This document shows positions 21,129 through 36,100 of a stretch of DNA of 64,000 bases, in pieces (position 1 is the stretch's first letter; each line of letters begins with the position of its first letter). Made by a program: the position numbers and the translations under genes. Source of the stretch: Mytilus trossulus (Eukaryota); the NCBI RefSeq assembly GCF_036588685.1, contig NC_086379.1, positions 31,124,001 through 31,188,000 of the forward strand. The letters are read 5' to 3'. The notes below the pieces were generated by a model that was not told the origin of the DNA, made no database searches, and saw only the letters and a program-made list of their open reading frames with translations.

Positions 21129-24100
21129 CTGGAAAAAAAAGGAACAAAATTTATCTATTTTTTTCTTTTTCATTATTCACATTGATTAGATTTTTTACCT
21201 ACATGAAGACTGTTATTTAAATTTTTGTACATTGCCAAACAATGGTTCTCTGCAGTAATCTTCTACAATTCAATATTCATTTTTTTCCCCTATTTTTCAG
21301 CAATCATACAGCTTACCAATTCTTTTTCAAACTCCTATTTCACATACAGCCTTATAACGTCTCTTTTAATTTTTCCAGATATTATTTAAAAAGTTTGAAA
21401 AACATCTTTTAAAATAAAGATTTCTGTATTTGATTGTGTATGATATGCCTTTGTGTATAGTATCCACCAAGTATAATACATACAGGTTATCAAATGATCA
21501 AACTAAACATAACTTCAGATGAAAATTCTTTTTTTTTTTTACTTTGTATTACAAATATGAAGTTATAAATAAGGAAATGTAAGTCTTTCTTGACAGATTT
21601 TGCAGGTAATATTTATGTTATTTGTGATTTTACAACAAATTATTTTAATTTGTACTTCACATTTTCAATGCAATCATGCAAGCCTTATGATTTCGTGAGA
21701 TTTATTCTAAATACCGATCTCTTGTAAAATATGTCTATGTAACAGTATGACATTCCAAGTGCTTTGTGAACTTTTAATATGCCATTAGATTTTTTATCTA
21801 TAACATGAAGGTCTACTGCTAAAATTTTGTTACTGTGCATAGCATCAAGATTCAAAAAATAACAAACTGTATTCTATTATTAACTAATATAACTAACAAC
21901 CCAGTCACCATCTCAAAATAGAAACAAAATTATGCAAACGGAAAGTTAATAAAATAATCAAGGTTAAAACAGGGAAAAAACAAACTGATGATAAAATGTA
22001 TTAACTCAGATCCTGATCTACTGCTGCTAGTATATGTTGCAAGACATGTTACCAATCCATCTACAATATTTCTTTTAAATTCAATAAATTCAATTCATCC
22101 CCAAAGAGTTTTGTGTATTACAAATAAAATTTTGTAAAACAGGGCAATTTATGTTTTCTGGAACTAGAAATCAGATCATTGTAAATACAATCCAAAACAT
22201 TCTTATTCAAGACCAATCTCAAAGAACAAGATTTCCCAACCCTCTCTGTCAACAGTGATTATTTCAATATGTGACAGATGCATAACAGAATCTAGAATCA
22301 AAGAAACTTATAATTAAGATTGATTCATTTAGTGAGGTAGCATTTTACAATTTTTTTCTGATGATAAATAATGGATGAAAATTAACAAGTTTTGGTGATT
22401 TTGATATCAATGAGTATACAATGATACAGGATTTCTAGCTCTATACATGTATATACACACCAGTATGGTCAGAGTGTATATAAACAGCAGTATGGTCAGG
22501 ATATACACAGCAGTATGGTCAGGATAGAGTCATGCTTTAGATCTACAAATGCATTTTCCTACAATTTCCTTTCCGTTCTCTTGATAATAAATACCTAAAC
22601 ATGTCCGACAATATTTTAGAATTCAGAAGTGTAGATATTTTGTTTTGATAAAATAATAAAGAAACTTTTCACCTAATAAGTGATAGTGTGATACCCATTA
22701 AACTTCTGCACTTCAGTATTCAAAGTTATGTGAGACTTATTCCTTGTTTTCCTTGATGACATAAGCAACATAACACCTACCCTCTGGTGCTCGGCTGTAT
22801 TTAGCTGACCCGTTGTAGTATCCCATGCCCCCATCATGCGATCGGGCCCGATCATTCTTGTACAATTGCTTCTTGCGGGCAAGCTGAGCCATTTGAGCTG
22901 CAGAATGGTAGTCAGGCAAAGGAGGTCGCCGTACATTAGTGTACGTTTGGTGTATATAGTTGCTATATGCTGTTGAGAAGGCAGAAAAGGGACAGGACTT
23001 AATAATAGCAAGTTAATAATCACCCAACATTCAAATATCTAGTAGAAGTCTTGCACATATAGGTCATTCCATTCATTTACCATTTTCATAAATCAAATTA
23101 TTTTTAATTTCTATTGAATTAAATCACAACAAGCAAATAAATTGAAATCCAAGTCTTGTAAAAATAATGTTGCAAATTTCTAGAATTTCATTAAATCTAT
23201 TTTTAATTTAGAAATAATTTCTGTTTATCAAACTACAGTAAATTTAGTAATTTAAACAAATATGATCAAATGAGGAATGGCCTAAATATACAATCCATAT
23301 TTATTATTAAATTTGATCTTTTATGGTAATAATGCAAGTCTTCTTTTCTTTTTTATTCAACATAACAGCAAAACAATAGAATTCAGAAAAGAGACAGAAG
23401 AAAAATATTTCATACATCTACAGGCAAAAATAAAATGAAATATCAAAATAAAACAAAGTGAAATCAATGCATGACAATTTACATTCTAAATTTTTGTCTC
23501 ATTTTTTTTTACTGTTACATGTATAGACAAATATAATCTATTCACATACTACAGAAACATCTATTTGGGTTAAATTTTTGTGTCATTATTTCTAAAAAAA
23601 AAAAAAAAGATACAATGGGGCTTTATTGTCCTAGTTTAAGGAAGTTATATCTTTATTTGTGAATTTTATGTTGGGGCTTTCCTTTTATTGTTAAAATAAA
23701 CAAAGTTAAAACATCAACAAAAAAAATCTGTTTTTCCAGCAGATAATTTTAAAACCTTGAGTAGTTTTGAATAGAGACAAAAGATTCAGAATGTAATTTT
23801 TAATTGATAAATGGTAAGTTATATTGGTTAGGTAGTGACAAACTAGCATTCAGGATTACCATGCAATGCATACATTCAACTAACATGTTCCCCATTCCTT
23901 TCAACTGGCAATTACCAATCCCACAATTCAATATAAATATGTCATCAATTTTTCTATAAATAATCACTAAAAAAACCTGTGTATTTGCACTTCATGAAGT
24001 GAACATGATGTATAAATATTCAAATAAAAGTGAATCCTATGTCAACAACTTATCTTTTATTTGTGATTTCAAAATCAACATTTCATATTTTTACTACTTT

Positions 24101-27100
24101 GAGGACAATTTCTAAGCATCATAAATTTTGTCCCTGAAAATTGTAAAATAATAATCTTCACTAAATAATAAATAAGTGAAATTATGCAAAATAATGTAGT
24201 ATTTTAATTTAAGCTGAATTATACGATAAAATAAACCTAAATATATTGAAAAATAATGTGATTATGAGTTATTGCCAGCGTGTGTTATTGCCATGCCAAC
24301 ATAATGAAAACCAAAACAGCTACATGCTATAGCACACTAAAATGAAAAGCTTCAAGTAGTCACTCATCTTTCTATGAAATATTTTCTTAACTGAAATTCA
24401 TTTTTAAAATTGTCTGCTTTAATTTTGTTCAAATGTAAAAGATAGCAGAAGCAAAATAAATTGCAATGTTTCCCCCCTCCCCCCCCCCCCCAAAAAAAAG
24501 TATATATACCATTGCAACTAAAAGTCATGTTTCAATTAATTAATCTCTTTTCATCCAAGTCATATTTAGACAAGTCTATTCTGTTCTGGATGTTTGGAGT
24601 AGATTTTGAGCAACCAGAGTTGATTAAATGTTGTCTACCATTGTTATTTACTGTATGATCCTATCTACTTTACATTATGTATAAAGTATGTCAAACCTAC
24701 TATAAAGATCATCTCACGGTCTTGGCAGGTCACCATCATCTCTTCCTGCTGAAGTAATACTTACATCATGAACCTCAGTTCAAAGGTTGTCTTACTTAAG
24801 CTTGTAAGGTCAGTTTTTTCTAGTCCTGATGATGATTAGGATGGAAGTTTTTAACAAACTTGACTGCTTATAAGCCCTTGCACAGTCTAGTCCTGACAGG
24901 TTTCATAGTTTATGACAGACCAAGTAGAGTATCCCCATAAATAAAGATCCCAAAATAAAATGAAATCTACTCATTTACATTCACAGGCAGGATAAACAAA
25001 AAAAAACCTTAATGATCTCCTGTTGGTATAATCAACATAAATTATATAATAGATGCTTGTTACAAACACCTGAGTATATTGATCTGTAATGTAATGAGCC
25101 TTTTATAACATGTACAGTCAACATTGCCATCCACCATTTAATCAATCGGTTGATTTAGAATCTACTCCAAGCTTATTTAGAATGTCAATAAGAAGTTCAC
25201 CTAATAACTATCTACTATTTAATGAATACACAAAAGAATGTTGTCAACTTGAAACTTTTCATTTTATCAGCAAATTAATAATGATATGAACTGACACATG
25301 CCATCACAACAATGGTGGGTAAATGGATGAGAATGATTTCTCACCTGGCGAGTTTTGCATAACCACATGGTATGGCGGCAAGGGTGGCCGCACCTGTGGC
25401 TGTGCTACAGGTGGAGACTGTTGTTGAGATTGAGATGTCGCTGGAAGATACAACAATGTCGTACAATACAAGAGAAACACATACACAGGAGATAAACAAC
25501 AATTTATACTCAAGTCACTATATATATCATGGATAGAGAAATACCTATAACCCAGAGTTTAATCTGTAAAAAACATAGGAAAGGATTGTCTTGTGCACAA
25601 TACTGTTGAAACCTTCATCAACTATGCTCAAGTCCGCAAAATTTGAGATAAAATTTTCTGATGTCATTTATATTATAAAGTACAACTTTTAATAATTACA
25701 ATTTTGTTTACTAAGTATACAGGTTTGCTTTATTTCTTACAAAATAAGTGTTTGCAAATAAATTGCTGTTCCAGAATGAATGGAATGATAAATAATTGTC
25801 TATGATGAAAGTTTCATCAGGAATTGTCACAAAGAAAAGTTAGACATTCTCATTTGAAGAGACTGATATAGGAGCTTTAAGGGTCTTAATTCAACTCTAT
25901 CTCTGAACATCAAGATATTTTTAGAAGTTTGGAAAGTGTTGCATCTCTTCTTGTCTTGCACTGATAAATTTGATATTTGACGACATCTTGTTATTCCTGA
26001 AAACAACTGACCCTATGTTTTCCCCTCTCAATTCAAATCTCAAAATTAAATTCTGCATTTCAGATAAAAGTTTTGTTTAAATTACATAAAAATCCACTAA
26101 ATAACTTGGATGGAATTGTTAAATTTTGATCCCCTTGTTATTCAAAAGTAAGTGAAATAATCAATGTTTTCTAAATTGAATTTAAATGAATCTATTTCTA
26201 TATTTTCTTAGATTCCTGCTAATATATGTTTAAGTGAAAACCACCCAAGTCATTCTTAATTAATCATACCCAATATCAAGTTGTAAAATTATAGAAAAAA
26301 AATATAGCCAAGTGCCTGAAAAAGCAGCTACTAGCAAATTTTGGCAATGTTTGCAAATGCAAAAGATATAGATGCAAAATAACCCTAAACCAAAGCAATA
26401 TCAACCTGCATAAATATATACAGCATCTGAGAATAACAGAAGCGGGTACAATATCTACAAGTAAGGGTCAATATACATACAAGAGATTTACACTACAGAC
26501 CAAGTGGATTGTACTTAAACCACCCACAGTGAGTAGTTAATCCTATGTCCACTCAACTTTACATCTTGTATTTTGTTAAATATGATGAATATAAATGCTT
26601 TTCTGATGTTATCCATGAATTGAAATAATAATTTAAATAATCAAGCATGTCCAGTTCTTAAGGTGGACAGTTGAACAAAGGTAGAAGCTTTGCCAACTTT
26701 CATCCTCACTATGGATGGCAAGGAGAATCCATCTGACCTGTAGTGCACTATATTCAATTAAATGATCTTAAATGAACAAATGGAAATTGCTTAAAATCAA
26801 GATTGTGAATAAGGGAGACAATCTATGTACTTTCTCAAAAATAAGGCAAAATTTTACATTTAGAACTTTAATATTTGCATGTTTATGTAATCAATTCTAT
26901 TTTCAATTGATAAATTTCATTATACATTGTATAATCGTTCCTTTCAATTAAATCTGATCATATAAAAAATTAACTGGTATTCAAACCAAATTTTGAAATT
27001 ACATTCCTTAAATATCTTTCACCACTGAATTCTTTTCACAATACATTTTGCACATGTTCATATCATTTTTGATTTTCATTTCTTTTCACACAATTTCAAA

Positions 27101-30100
27101 AACATATATTTTGATTCAGTAAAATTCTAATGCATATTTTCCAATGATCTTGAATATCTTAGAACATTCTAAAAGATATAAATCTCTTAATAAAAAGGCT
27201 AATATATCAATAGCATTAAGATTATTTTTTACGATATAAGTTGACTTAAAATAGACATATATCAAAATATACTGTGAAGAGAAATCATCAATGGTAGAAA
27301 AATATATCCAATGAATGCACCTTTAAAGAAAACTTTCTGAAATTACTGTAGATTACAATTTCCAATGTTTGTGAATTTGACACCTACCTGTTTGAGGAGG
27401 ATTAAATCTGTGATGAGGAGATATAGTTCCTCCTGATCCTGCCGAATGTACACTTTGGGAGTCGTAACTGTTCCGCCCTGAATCACTCTCGTATGTGGGA
27501 GGGGCACTGTGGTTACTACCTGTGGGACTTGCAGATTCTGTTGAACCAAGGGAACCTACAAAAGAGTTCAATACAATTCACAGAAGTCAAGCTTTACACA
27601 AAAGCCAAATACTCATGTATTGTTACTGTATATTTTTTAATTTTGTAGATACAATGTATTAAACTTCTGTGACTCAGGATTTTTTTTATTTAAACTGTGA
27701 GATAGTTGTTTCCATGGCAATCATAACACTTCTCCTAATGTTATATTCAAATATGTGAAAACATAAATGTATATAAATGAGCTCTTCTAACAATTTCATA
27801 ATAAAAGGTACACAACCTAAATATGTTGCAAAAAAATCCGTGATGTTGAAGGATCTAGATTGACATTGTAGGAGTTGGTTTATACACAAAATATGCAAAA
27901 GTTGCTGAAAAATTACTTAGATCCCGAATCTGGAAAAATGATTGAAAAGTCCTCAGGCAGTTACAAACTAGGTACTGTCTTTGGTAAATTTAGATGAATA
28001 ATGACTTAGTTAACAAGTTTGGAAAATAGTAGTTAAATACTCAAACAATTTCATAATAACAGGTTCACAATTTCATTTTGTGTTCATTCTATCTGTGAAA
28101 TTTCAAGGATGTGGTTTGAAAATTTCAGAAATTATTTTATGTATAGAAACTCTGTTATGAAAACAAAAAACAGGTAACCGTTTTTTTCTTTCTTTTTGCT
28201 CTGTTAATGGCATGTATCCATGATGTTGCTAACAAGACAAAAGGAGACAAAACATCTATTGAAAAATTAACATTCTGATTCATTTCAAAGTATACTTATA
28301 AAAAAGGCACCTTAATTAACTTCTCCATGCAGAGAAATAGTACAAATAGTCATTCAAGCATAAACAAAACAAAAAAGAAATGCATGCTGTAAAAAACAAA
28401 GAAATGATTGAGAGTTTTTTCCTAATATCAAGAAAACATAAATAATTTCAAACTAAACCACCTTACAGTTAGAATACTCTCCTAGTATGTAAAACCAAGC
28501 CAATATATCCTGTTACTTTGTAAGTTCTTACCAGTCCGTACAGGTTTGTGTCGTGAGCTGATATGGCTCATAGATATCACAGATGAACTCTCAGGAGTAA
28601 GATGAACTGGTCGAGTGTGTCTCGGAGAATGCTGCTGCCGTCGATTAGACATTGGACTAGTGAGATTGGTTGGGGGATGATGATGTGTATGCTTAGATGT
28701 GTGGGGTCGGACTTTATCAGACAAACCCATGAGTTTTCGTATGGCTTCGGGAGACTCAGCACCTAATTAAGCAAAAGTCACATGCAATATTAGTTATGAG
28801 GAAAAAGGAAATCATTCAATAGCTCAGAAATTATTCTATGTATAGAAATTTAGTAATAACTTTTTTATTCTAAGGCCTTATAACTTGAGAAGTTTTGAGA
28901 AATAGTATAATTTGAGCTGCATTTTCAAGAATACATTTATGAGTTCAAATATGCCTGATTTATGTAAGTAGGTGTTTAGCCCCCATTTATTTTTCATCTT
29001 AAAAATCCCAACCAAACAAAGAGTAATTTTTCCAGGAAAAACAAAATCATTTTTAAAAAAAATTGATAAATCTGTAAACTTAACTATGCCCACATCTGAT
29101 GCACTCAGAAAAATAAAGATAACAGCTTTAAAAACAGGAAACATTTTATTTTGATAAATTGAACGATTTCTAAGTCTGGGGAAACAAAAGAAGTAAATAA
29201 ATGATATATAAAAAAACAGCAATACAAAATGATGTCATGACAGAAAAGAAGCTTTTATAACAGGCAAAGTAAACAGAAAATGATGACTGATCAATTATCA
29301 TGCTGAAGGTCAATATACAAAGAACATAGATAATCAAATATATAAGCAATGTTTATCAATGGCATACCACATGACAATAGAGAGAAACCTTATTTCTATC
29401 AATTTGCAGAAGATATTACTATTAAAAATTTTTACCCTTTCTCTCAACTGCCGTTGCTACTGTCAATATAAAAGTGTAATATTGACTTAAAAAGTAACTT
29501 CATCGTAAATTTTTAAACATTAATAGGTTGAAATTTTCGAAAATATTAAGATTTAACCAATAGCAGCAAAGCAACATTATTTCAAAAATATTACAGCCTT
29601 TTGAATTGAGTGTGTAGGTAAAGGTAATATCTCTGGTTACCTTGCTTGCTAGCTGAACCCTGAAGTCATTTTTAGGTTAGGTATACTACCCTCCTTTCGA
29701 AGTAGCCTAGTCCTACAGAGAGATAGATAAGTTATCTGTCGGATTAGTCTACACTTAGAGGAGGGTAGTTTTCCTAAGCTAATAATGACTTCATGGTTCT
29801 GCTAGCAAGCAAGCTTACCCATTGTAAACAGAGATATTACCTTAACCTACACACTCAATGAAATCAGATGCAAAGAGTCTTCTGAATTGGCATATTTCAC
29901 CGTTTCAGACAATTTGCTTTTTATTCATGACATTTAAATCATGATTTTATTCTGTATTTTTTCTGATAAAATTTGACTTACCAAATCTGGGACCACTTGG
30001 GACTATAACTTTCTTTTCTTCTGTTAAATTTGGTGTTGAAACACTGCTGCTTAATGAATGTAATGTGTGATCTTTCTTTACTGTAGAAGAAAAAACAAAT

Positions 30101-33100
30101 TTATCAAGGTAAATCCAGACATATTTTTACTTTTTATTAATGTAGTGATGTGGTTTGCAATTCTGAATATTTTTTTATGCATTTTCACTTTAATAAGTAA
30201 TTTTGTTTTAGCTTTTCCTAAGGATATTGCATGTTTTCAAATGTTTCATTAAAAAGTGTATCAAATAATAGTTATCAAAAGTACCAGGATTATAATTTTA
30301 TACGCCAGACGCGCGTTTCGTCTACATAAGACTCATCAGTGACGCTCAGATCAAAATAGTTAAAAAGCCAAACAAATACAAAGTTGAAGAGCATTGAGGA
30401 CCCAAAATTCCAAAAAGTTGTGCCAAATACGGCTAAGGTAATCTACTCCTGGGGTAAATAACATATTTGTCAAGTAGAAAAACTTCATTAGATTGATTGA
30501 TTGATTGATTGTTGGTTGCTTTACGCCGCATTAGCAAAAAAAGGCTATAATGCGGCAAGAGCTAATTTGAATATTTTTTATAACTTCATTTGAAAGAGTC
30601 CTACCAAATCAGGATTATTTTCTATCATTTCTTATATACAAATTCAATTTTTTGATCAATTTTTCTCCCTGTGCCATTGTGTTCAATGTCCTGAAACCTG
30701 CACCAAATATTTTCTTTTGTTAATTTTATAAAGTTCAGAACTGCTTCCTTTGTAACTAGATATTTTCTATTGTGTGTTATGCTTTGATTCAGTAATTATG
30801 AATATGGAACAATACGGTACCCTTAAAGGTGCCACAAATAAGTCAGAACTATAATGGTCATTCATAGATTTTTCAACAGAAGATTAGTATTTCCAAAATT
30901 GACAAAACTAAAGTATTACCCTTACCAGGAACTTCACACTGATGAGACATTTCCATAAGTTTTTCCTCATTGTCTATCACTTTAAGATTACATAAATATG
31001 ACTTCACACGTCTTTTCATTTCATTTTCCTCATACATCTTTTTTGCATTAGGTAACGTAGAACCACGCCGTGCCCTCATTCTCTTCATTGTGGCTAAACC
31101 AGAGACCCAGGTACTTTCGTCATGACTGGGTGTTCCAAGGAACATCGTACTTACATCCTGGTATAAAAAAATAGGCATATTATATTTTACTGATAAATAC
31201 ATCAATCAGATTAAGTTCTATGTTTATGTTTATAGCCTAAATGTTTATCATTCTCCACTTGTATTTGTATACTCTTGAATATTTTGAAGAATATTATGTC
31301 TTTTGGTGCATATGGAATATTTTCATGTTGTAATTTCATAAACTGTATGATCAAGCATTGTCTCATCTTCATTCTTTTTAAAAGCTAACATCTACATCAT
31401 TTGTTTTCTGGTTGACAGTTGTCTCATTGGCAATAATACCACATCTTCTTATCTCTATATATAAATTATAACTTCTTTATAAAGCTCAACAATAATAATT
31501 TTCAAACTGTAATTAGTACTCATGTAAAAGAACTAAGATAAACTTACATATTTTGCGGAAGCCATGTTGCATATATGTCTTGTTTCTCTTGCTATTAAAC
31601 GGAACTTTTCAAAGTTGACTAAATTATCTACATAGGAATCGTTCCCTAGATGGATAAATGTCAAATCTTTCTTTGCAATGGGGAAAAAAGGCAGCTGAAA
31701 TATATAAAATAGAAAAGTTTATTGACAGTAACATTTCTACACATGTTGCACTGAGAGTTATTGGTCAATAGTTACACCCCAGATCAATAAAATATATCTG
31801 TGCATTTCAGCCCTGCTTATAAAACAGTCACAACCTGCTATACTTATTTTTCATCAGCTGATGTACAGTCAATGCTGACATTGAATGTAGATTTGCAACT
31901 TTAATATAATATATTAATAAAGTCCAAAAAATAAAATCAAGTTAAGTTGTTCTTTTTTTTAATGTTTTTTCCTATTACACAAACTTTTCCAAAGAATAAC
32001 ATTGTCCATTAGGCTCAATCTTTTTTAAGTCTTGACTGGCATTTCCCTTCCAAAAAAAACCACAAGCAAGATAACAAGGAAAATAATTAACTAAAAATCA
32101 TTAACATTTATACCAGAAGAAGCTTGGTGCCACAAGCTAGAACTTATTATTAACGTGCAGTTGACAGACACATAAACAAATAGAACTATTACAAACAGTG
32201 ACATTTTTTCTGCACTGTTGGCCTGAAGTCTCATTAAATATATATATTTCTACATCTCTTCTTATTCATACTAATGGAAAGGATTAACAGATCAATTGTA
32301 ACCTTGACTTACCATTGGCGGTTGAACATTTTCATGATTCATGAGATTCCTGTATTTAGACATGTTTCTGGAGGGATCCATTAAGTCTCGCAAATCCTGC
32401 AAACACATAACAATAAAGTAAGGTCAATTTTTTTTAAATCAAGCTTAATTTATTTTTAGGACTATTCAACTAACAAGGCCACACTAAATCAATATATTTT
32501 TTATAAGTGTCTCTGAGTCTTAGTGTTCCCTGTCATATTACCAGATGTTGATTTTATTGGAAAGTTTTTGCTTTGTATTGTAATAATATCTTTGAGTTCA
32601 AAGGTACAAAAAATTTGTAAGGGTTCCACGGAACCCAGTGTCTCGCCTTCTTTTGAGGTAAATCGCAAGCTCAAGAAAAATGAGAAAAAAATAAATAAAA
32701 ATGTTCCTCTTGATATCATCTTATGATTGTAAGAAGCTTCTGTCTAAGTTTGGTAAAAATCTAGGATAGTTAATAAATCTGATGAATGTTTTGAAAACTT
32801 TAACTGCAAACTGTGTTTAATGTTAACTTGAAGAAAATCTAAGTCCATTTAAAAATAAAATACAGAAAAAATAGAGTTATCTTTTTACAAAATTTACTTC
32901 TGGATACTATTTTATGATCATAAATAAGCTTCTGTTTAAGTTTGGTACAAAACCAGGATAGTTTAAGAAAGTTATCAAAATTTTAAAAACTTTAACCACA
33001 GAGTGAATGTAATGTTTCCCCGTAGAAAAACTAAGTCCATTTAAAAGTAAAATACGGAAAAAATGGATTTATATTTTTACAAAATTTACTTCTGGATACT

Positions 33101-36100
33101 ATCTTATGATCATAAACAAGCTTCTGTCCAAGTTTGGTACAAACCCAGGATAGTTTAAGAAAGTTATTAAAATTCTAAAAACTTTAACCACAGAGTGAAT
33201 GTTATGTTTCCCCGCAGAAAAAAACTAAGTCTATTTATAAGTAAAATACGGAAAAAATGGAATTTTATTTTTACAAAATTTACTTCTGGATACTATCTTA
33301 TGATCATAAACAAGCTTCTGTGCAAGTTTGGTAGAAATCCAGTATAGTTTAAGAAAGTTATTAAAATTTCAAAAACTTTAACCACAGAGTTAATATTTGT
33401 TGACGCCGCCGACGACGACGGAATGTAGGATCGCTTAGTCTCGCTTTTTCGACTAAAGTCGAAGGCTCGACAATAAAACAGTATACTTATATGCAGATTA
33501 AGAATATTTGACCTGTAACCTTCTGATAAAATGGATATAACTAAAGACACACCATCAGGGAGAAAACCTGACTTTTCTCCTTTTTTGAAACCAGTCAGGC
33601 TATATCCAATATCATTGTTACCCAAACTTCAATCATGTCCTTTTATTCATTACATCATGACTTACGTTGTATGTTTTGGCATATTTATTTGGCACTTTTT
33701 CCCAGGTATTGCGTAGCCTGTCCACACAGTTATGACTTAATCCACTTATGATAGCGAACATAGAATTAAAGTTTTTACAATCTTTACAATGACGAGCCAT
33801 TTTTATAAAATGTTTGATGAGTTTCATTCTCCTGACTAGATTCAGTTCTCCACAAACTTCCGATATCACCCAGAACATCTCTCGGTTCACCAACTGAAAT
33901 AAACAATATTGAGGTTATAATTACATTCCACACTCAACTTTTTAAAGATATAATTTACCCGATTTTGTGATAGGCTGATTTTTATTTTGACAATATATGA
34001 ACTTCCCCCACTTTTGAATGTAATCACTTATCTTAGATATTTCAATCATCTATACTTAAAACAACCTAGTATTTTAATAAATAGTAACATATCCAAAATA
34101 AGGATACATAAAAGAAGTGTTTTTTAGTGGAATAAATATTCTATCTTAAAATGTAAATGCTGTTCAAATGAAAGGTTTGTACTCATAATTTTCAATAAAT
34201 TGATAGTGAGATCTAAGGTGAGATACCTTTATTTATACATATTTTGTGTATTTTCCGGTGATCTTTTGTCACAATTCTTCATATCATGTTATTCGCTTGA
34301 GATAGAAACTTATCCTAAGTATTTGAGGCCCATTAACAACAGTGTACTTTTTGTAGAGAGTATATGTTGTCATGCGCCTACATCATTGACATTGCTAACT
34401 TGCTTAGGAAATCAGCTATGAACAGATAATCAATGGTCTTTAAAACTCAAAAGATGTTTCTTTGTTACATCTCATGTCATCACTGCCTCTATTTTGAAAA
34501 ACCACAGATAATCTATAAATCTACAAGAATTGCCTCCCTTTTCATATTTACAAATCCAATTTGGAAGAAACATAAAATTTGACATAATAAAAAAACAAAC
34601 TTTGCTTTGTACTTTGTACCTCTGAAAACTTGTTTAAGCTTGGGGTTCCATATCTTGCATTTAGCTTGAACAGGTCATCGATATACTCTGTCGGTTCTAT
34701 ATCTTTAAATACTTTGAAATCTTCCAAGGTCAGCTGTGATGCCACTTCTGTAGTGTTGAGCTGTAGTAGACTTATCTGTGCCTCTTTGATCAATTCTGAC
34801 CGCAACTCGTCGGGTACCAGTGTCTCCGGGTTCAAATTATTCTTTAAGTAATACCTGAGTACACATGGAACAGTGCGCCTGGGTGAGTGATCAGAAACAA
34901 AAACACAATATTAACCCCTGGAAACTCCATGCCTGGCACACACACACACACGCACAAACAGACAGACATTTAAATGCGTTGTTAAAACATGATGATGTGT
35001 TAGATAAATTGTATATGATATATCAGAACTGTTCTTAGGAAGTATTTCATAATTTAAAAGTTTGAACATTTATTCAATTTGTTTTTATTTCTTTGCTTTT
35101 CATAGTGGGTTTGAAAAAAATTATAATAACAATTTTTGTGAATTCTAAGTTTTATATTTTTTAAATGATTTGGCAGAATTCGTATAACAATAATTATCAG
35201 TTAAAAAGGAAAGAAAATAATCATAAGAGAGAAAACCAACTTTCAAACTTAGTTCTGATATCACTATCATACACAATTCGACAAAGACCTTTGACCGTAG
35301 GTAATATTAAAAAGTTAATTTTATAATATTAATCTGATCTTAAACGTATATTAAGAAAATCAATAGTTGATATGTGTTCAAACTATTATCTGAAAATTTT
35401 TTTACAGACAAAATATTTCATCATTTTGAAAACATCTACCATTATCTTTAATATTGAAAATAGTATAACAACAACTTGAAAGAATAGCATACAAATCTTG
35501 TTACTAAAAATTTTCTTTTAAAGTATTTCTTTCCTGAGAAACTAGTCATTTTAAGTGGCTTTTAATATCAAAAATAAGAACAGACAATCAACTTATAATT
35601 TTTCTCAAAAATTTACAATAGTGTGAAAAAGTTTTAAAATTTCAAGAAAATTCCTACTTTTTTAATTAGTCAATTATAAATTTAAAAATAATTTATCTAT
35701 GATAAAAAAGTTTCGAACTTCAAGTGATGTTTTCCGTTGAGGGAAGTTTAACAATTAAAGGCAGAGATTTAAACTTTAAACCAGGTCAACTATTCTCAAT
35801 TGTCTTCTACCTAATTGTACAAAATATAACGATAAAAAAAATATAAGTTAATAAAGAATACAGTTTATCTATATGGTTAGCAGGCAAAACATCCTAAATC
35901 CATGGTTTGAATGCTGATGTAAACACCATATAACTTATATGTTTGATTCTTATTTGCTTGTCAAAAAAGTTTTTAATAAAATTAAATACCAGCAATGAAA
36001 TTTACTCGGAACAGCTAATCAGGGATAAATCCTTCTGCTTTTAAAAGGTTTCTACCATTGATTCAGGTGAAATTCTTCAATGCTAATCGAAGTGGTTAAA

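Noticed and set aside
33531-34851. Plus-strand ORFs overlapping GEF exons (33531-33716, 34630-34851)
   Set aside because: Antisense shadows of RAPGEF2 exons.
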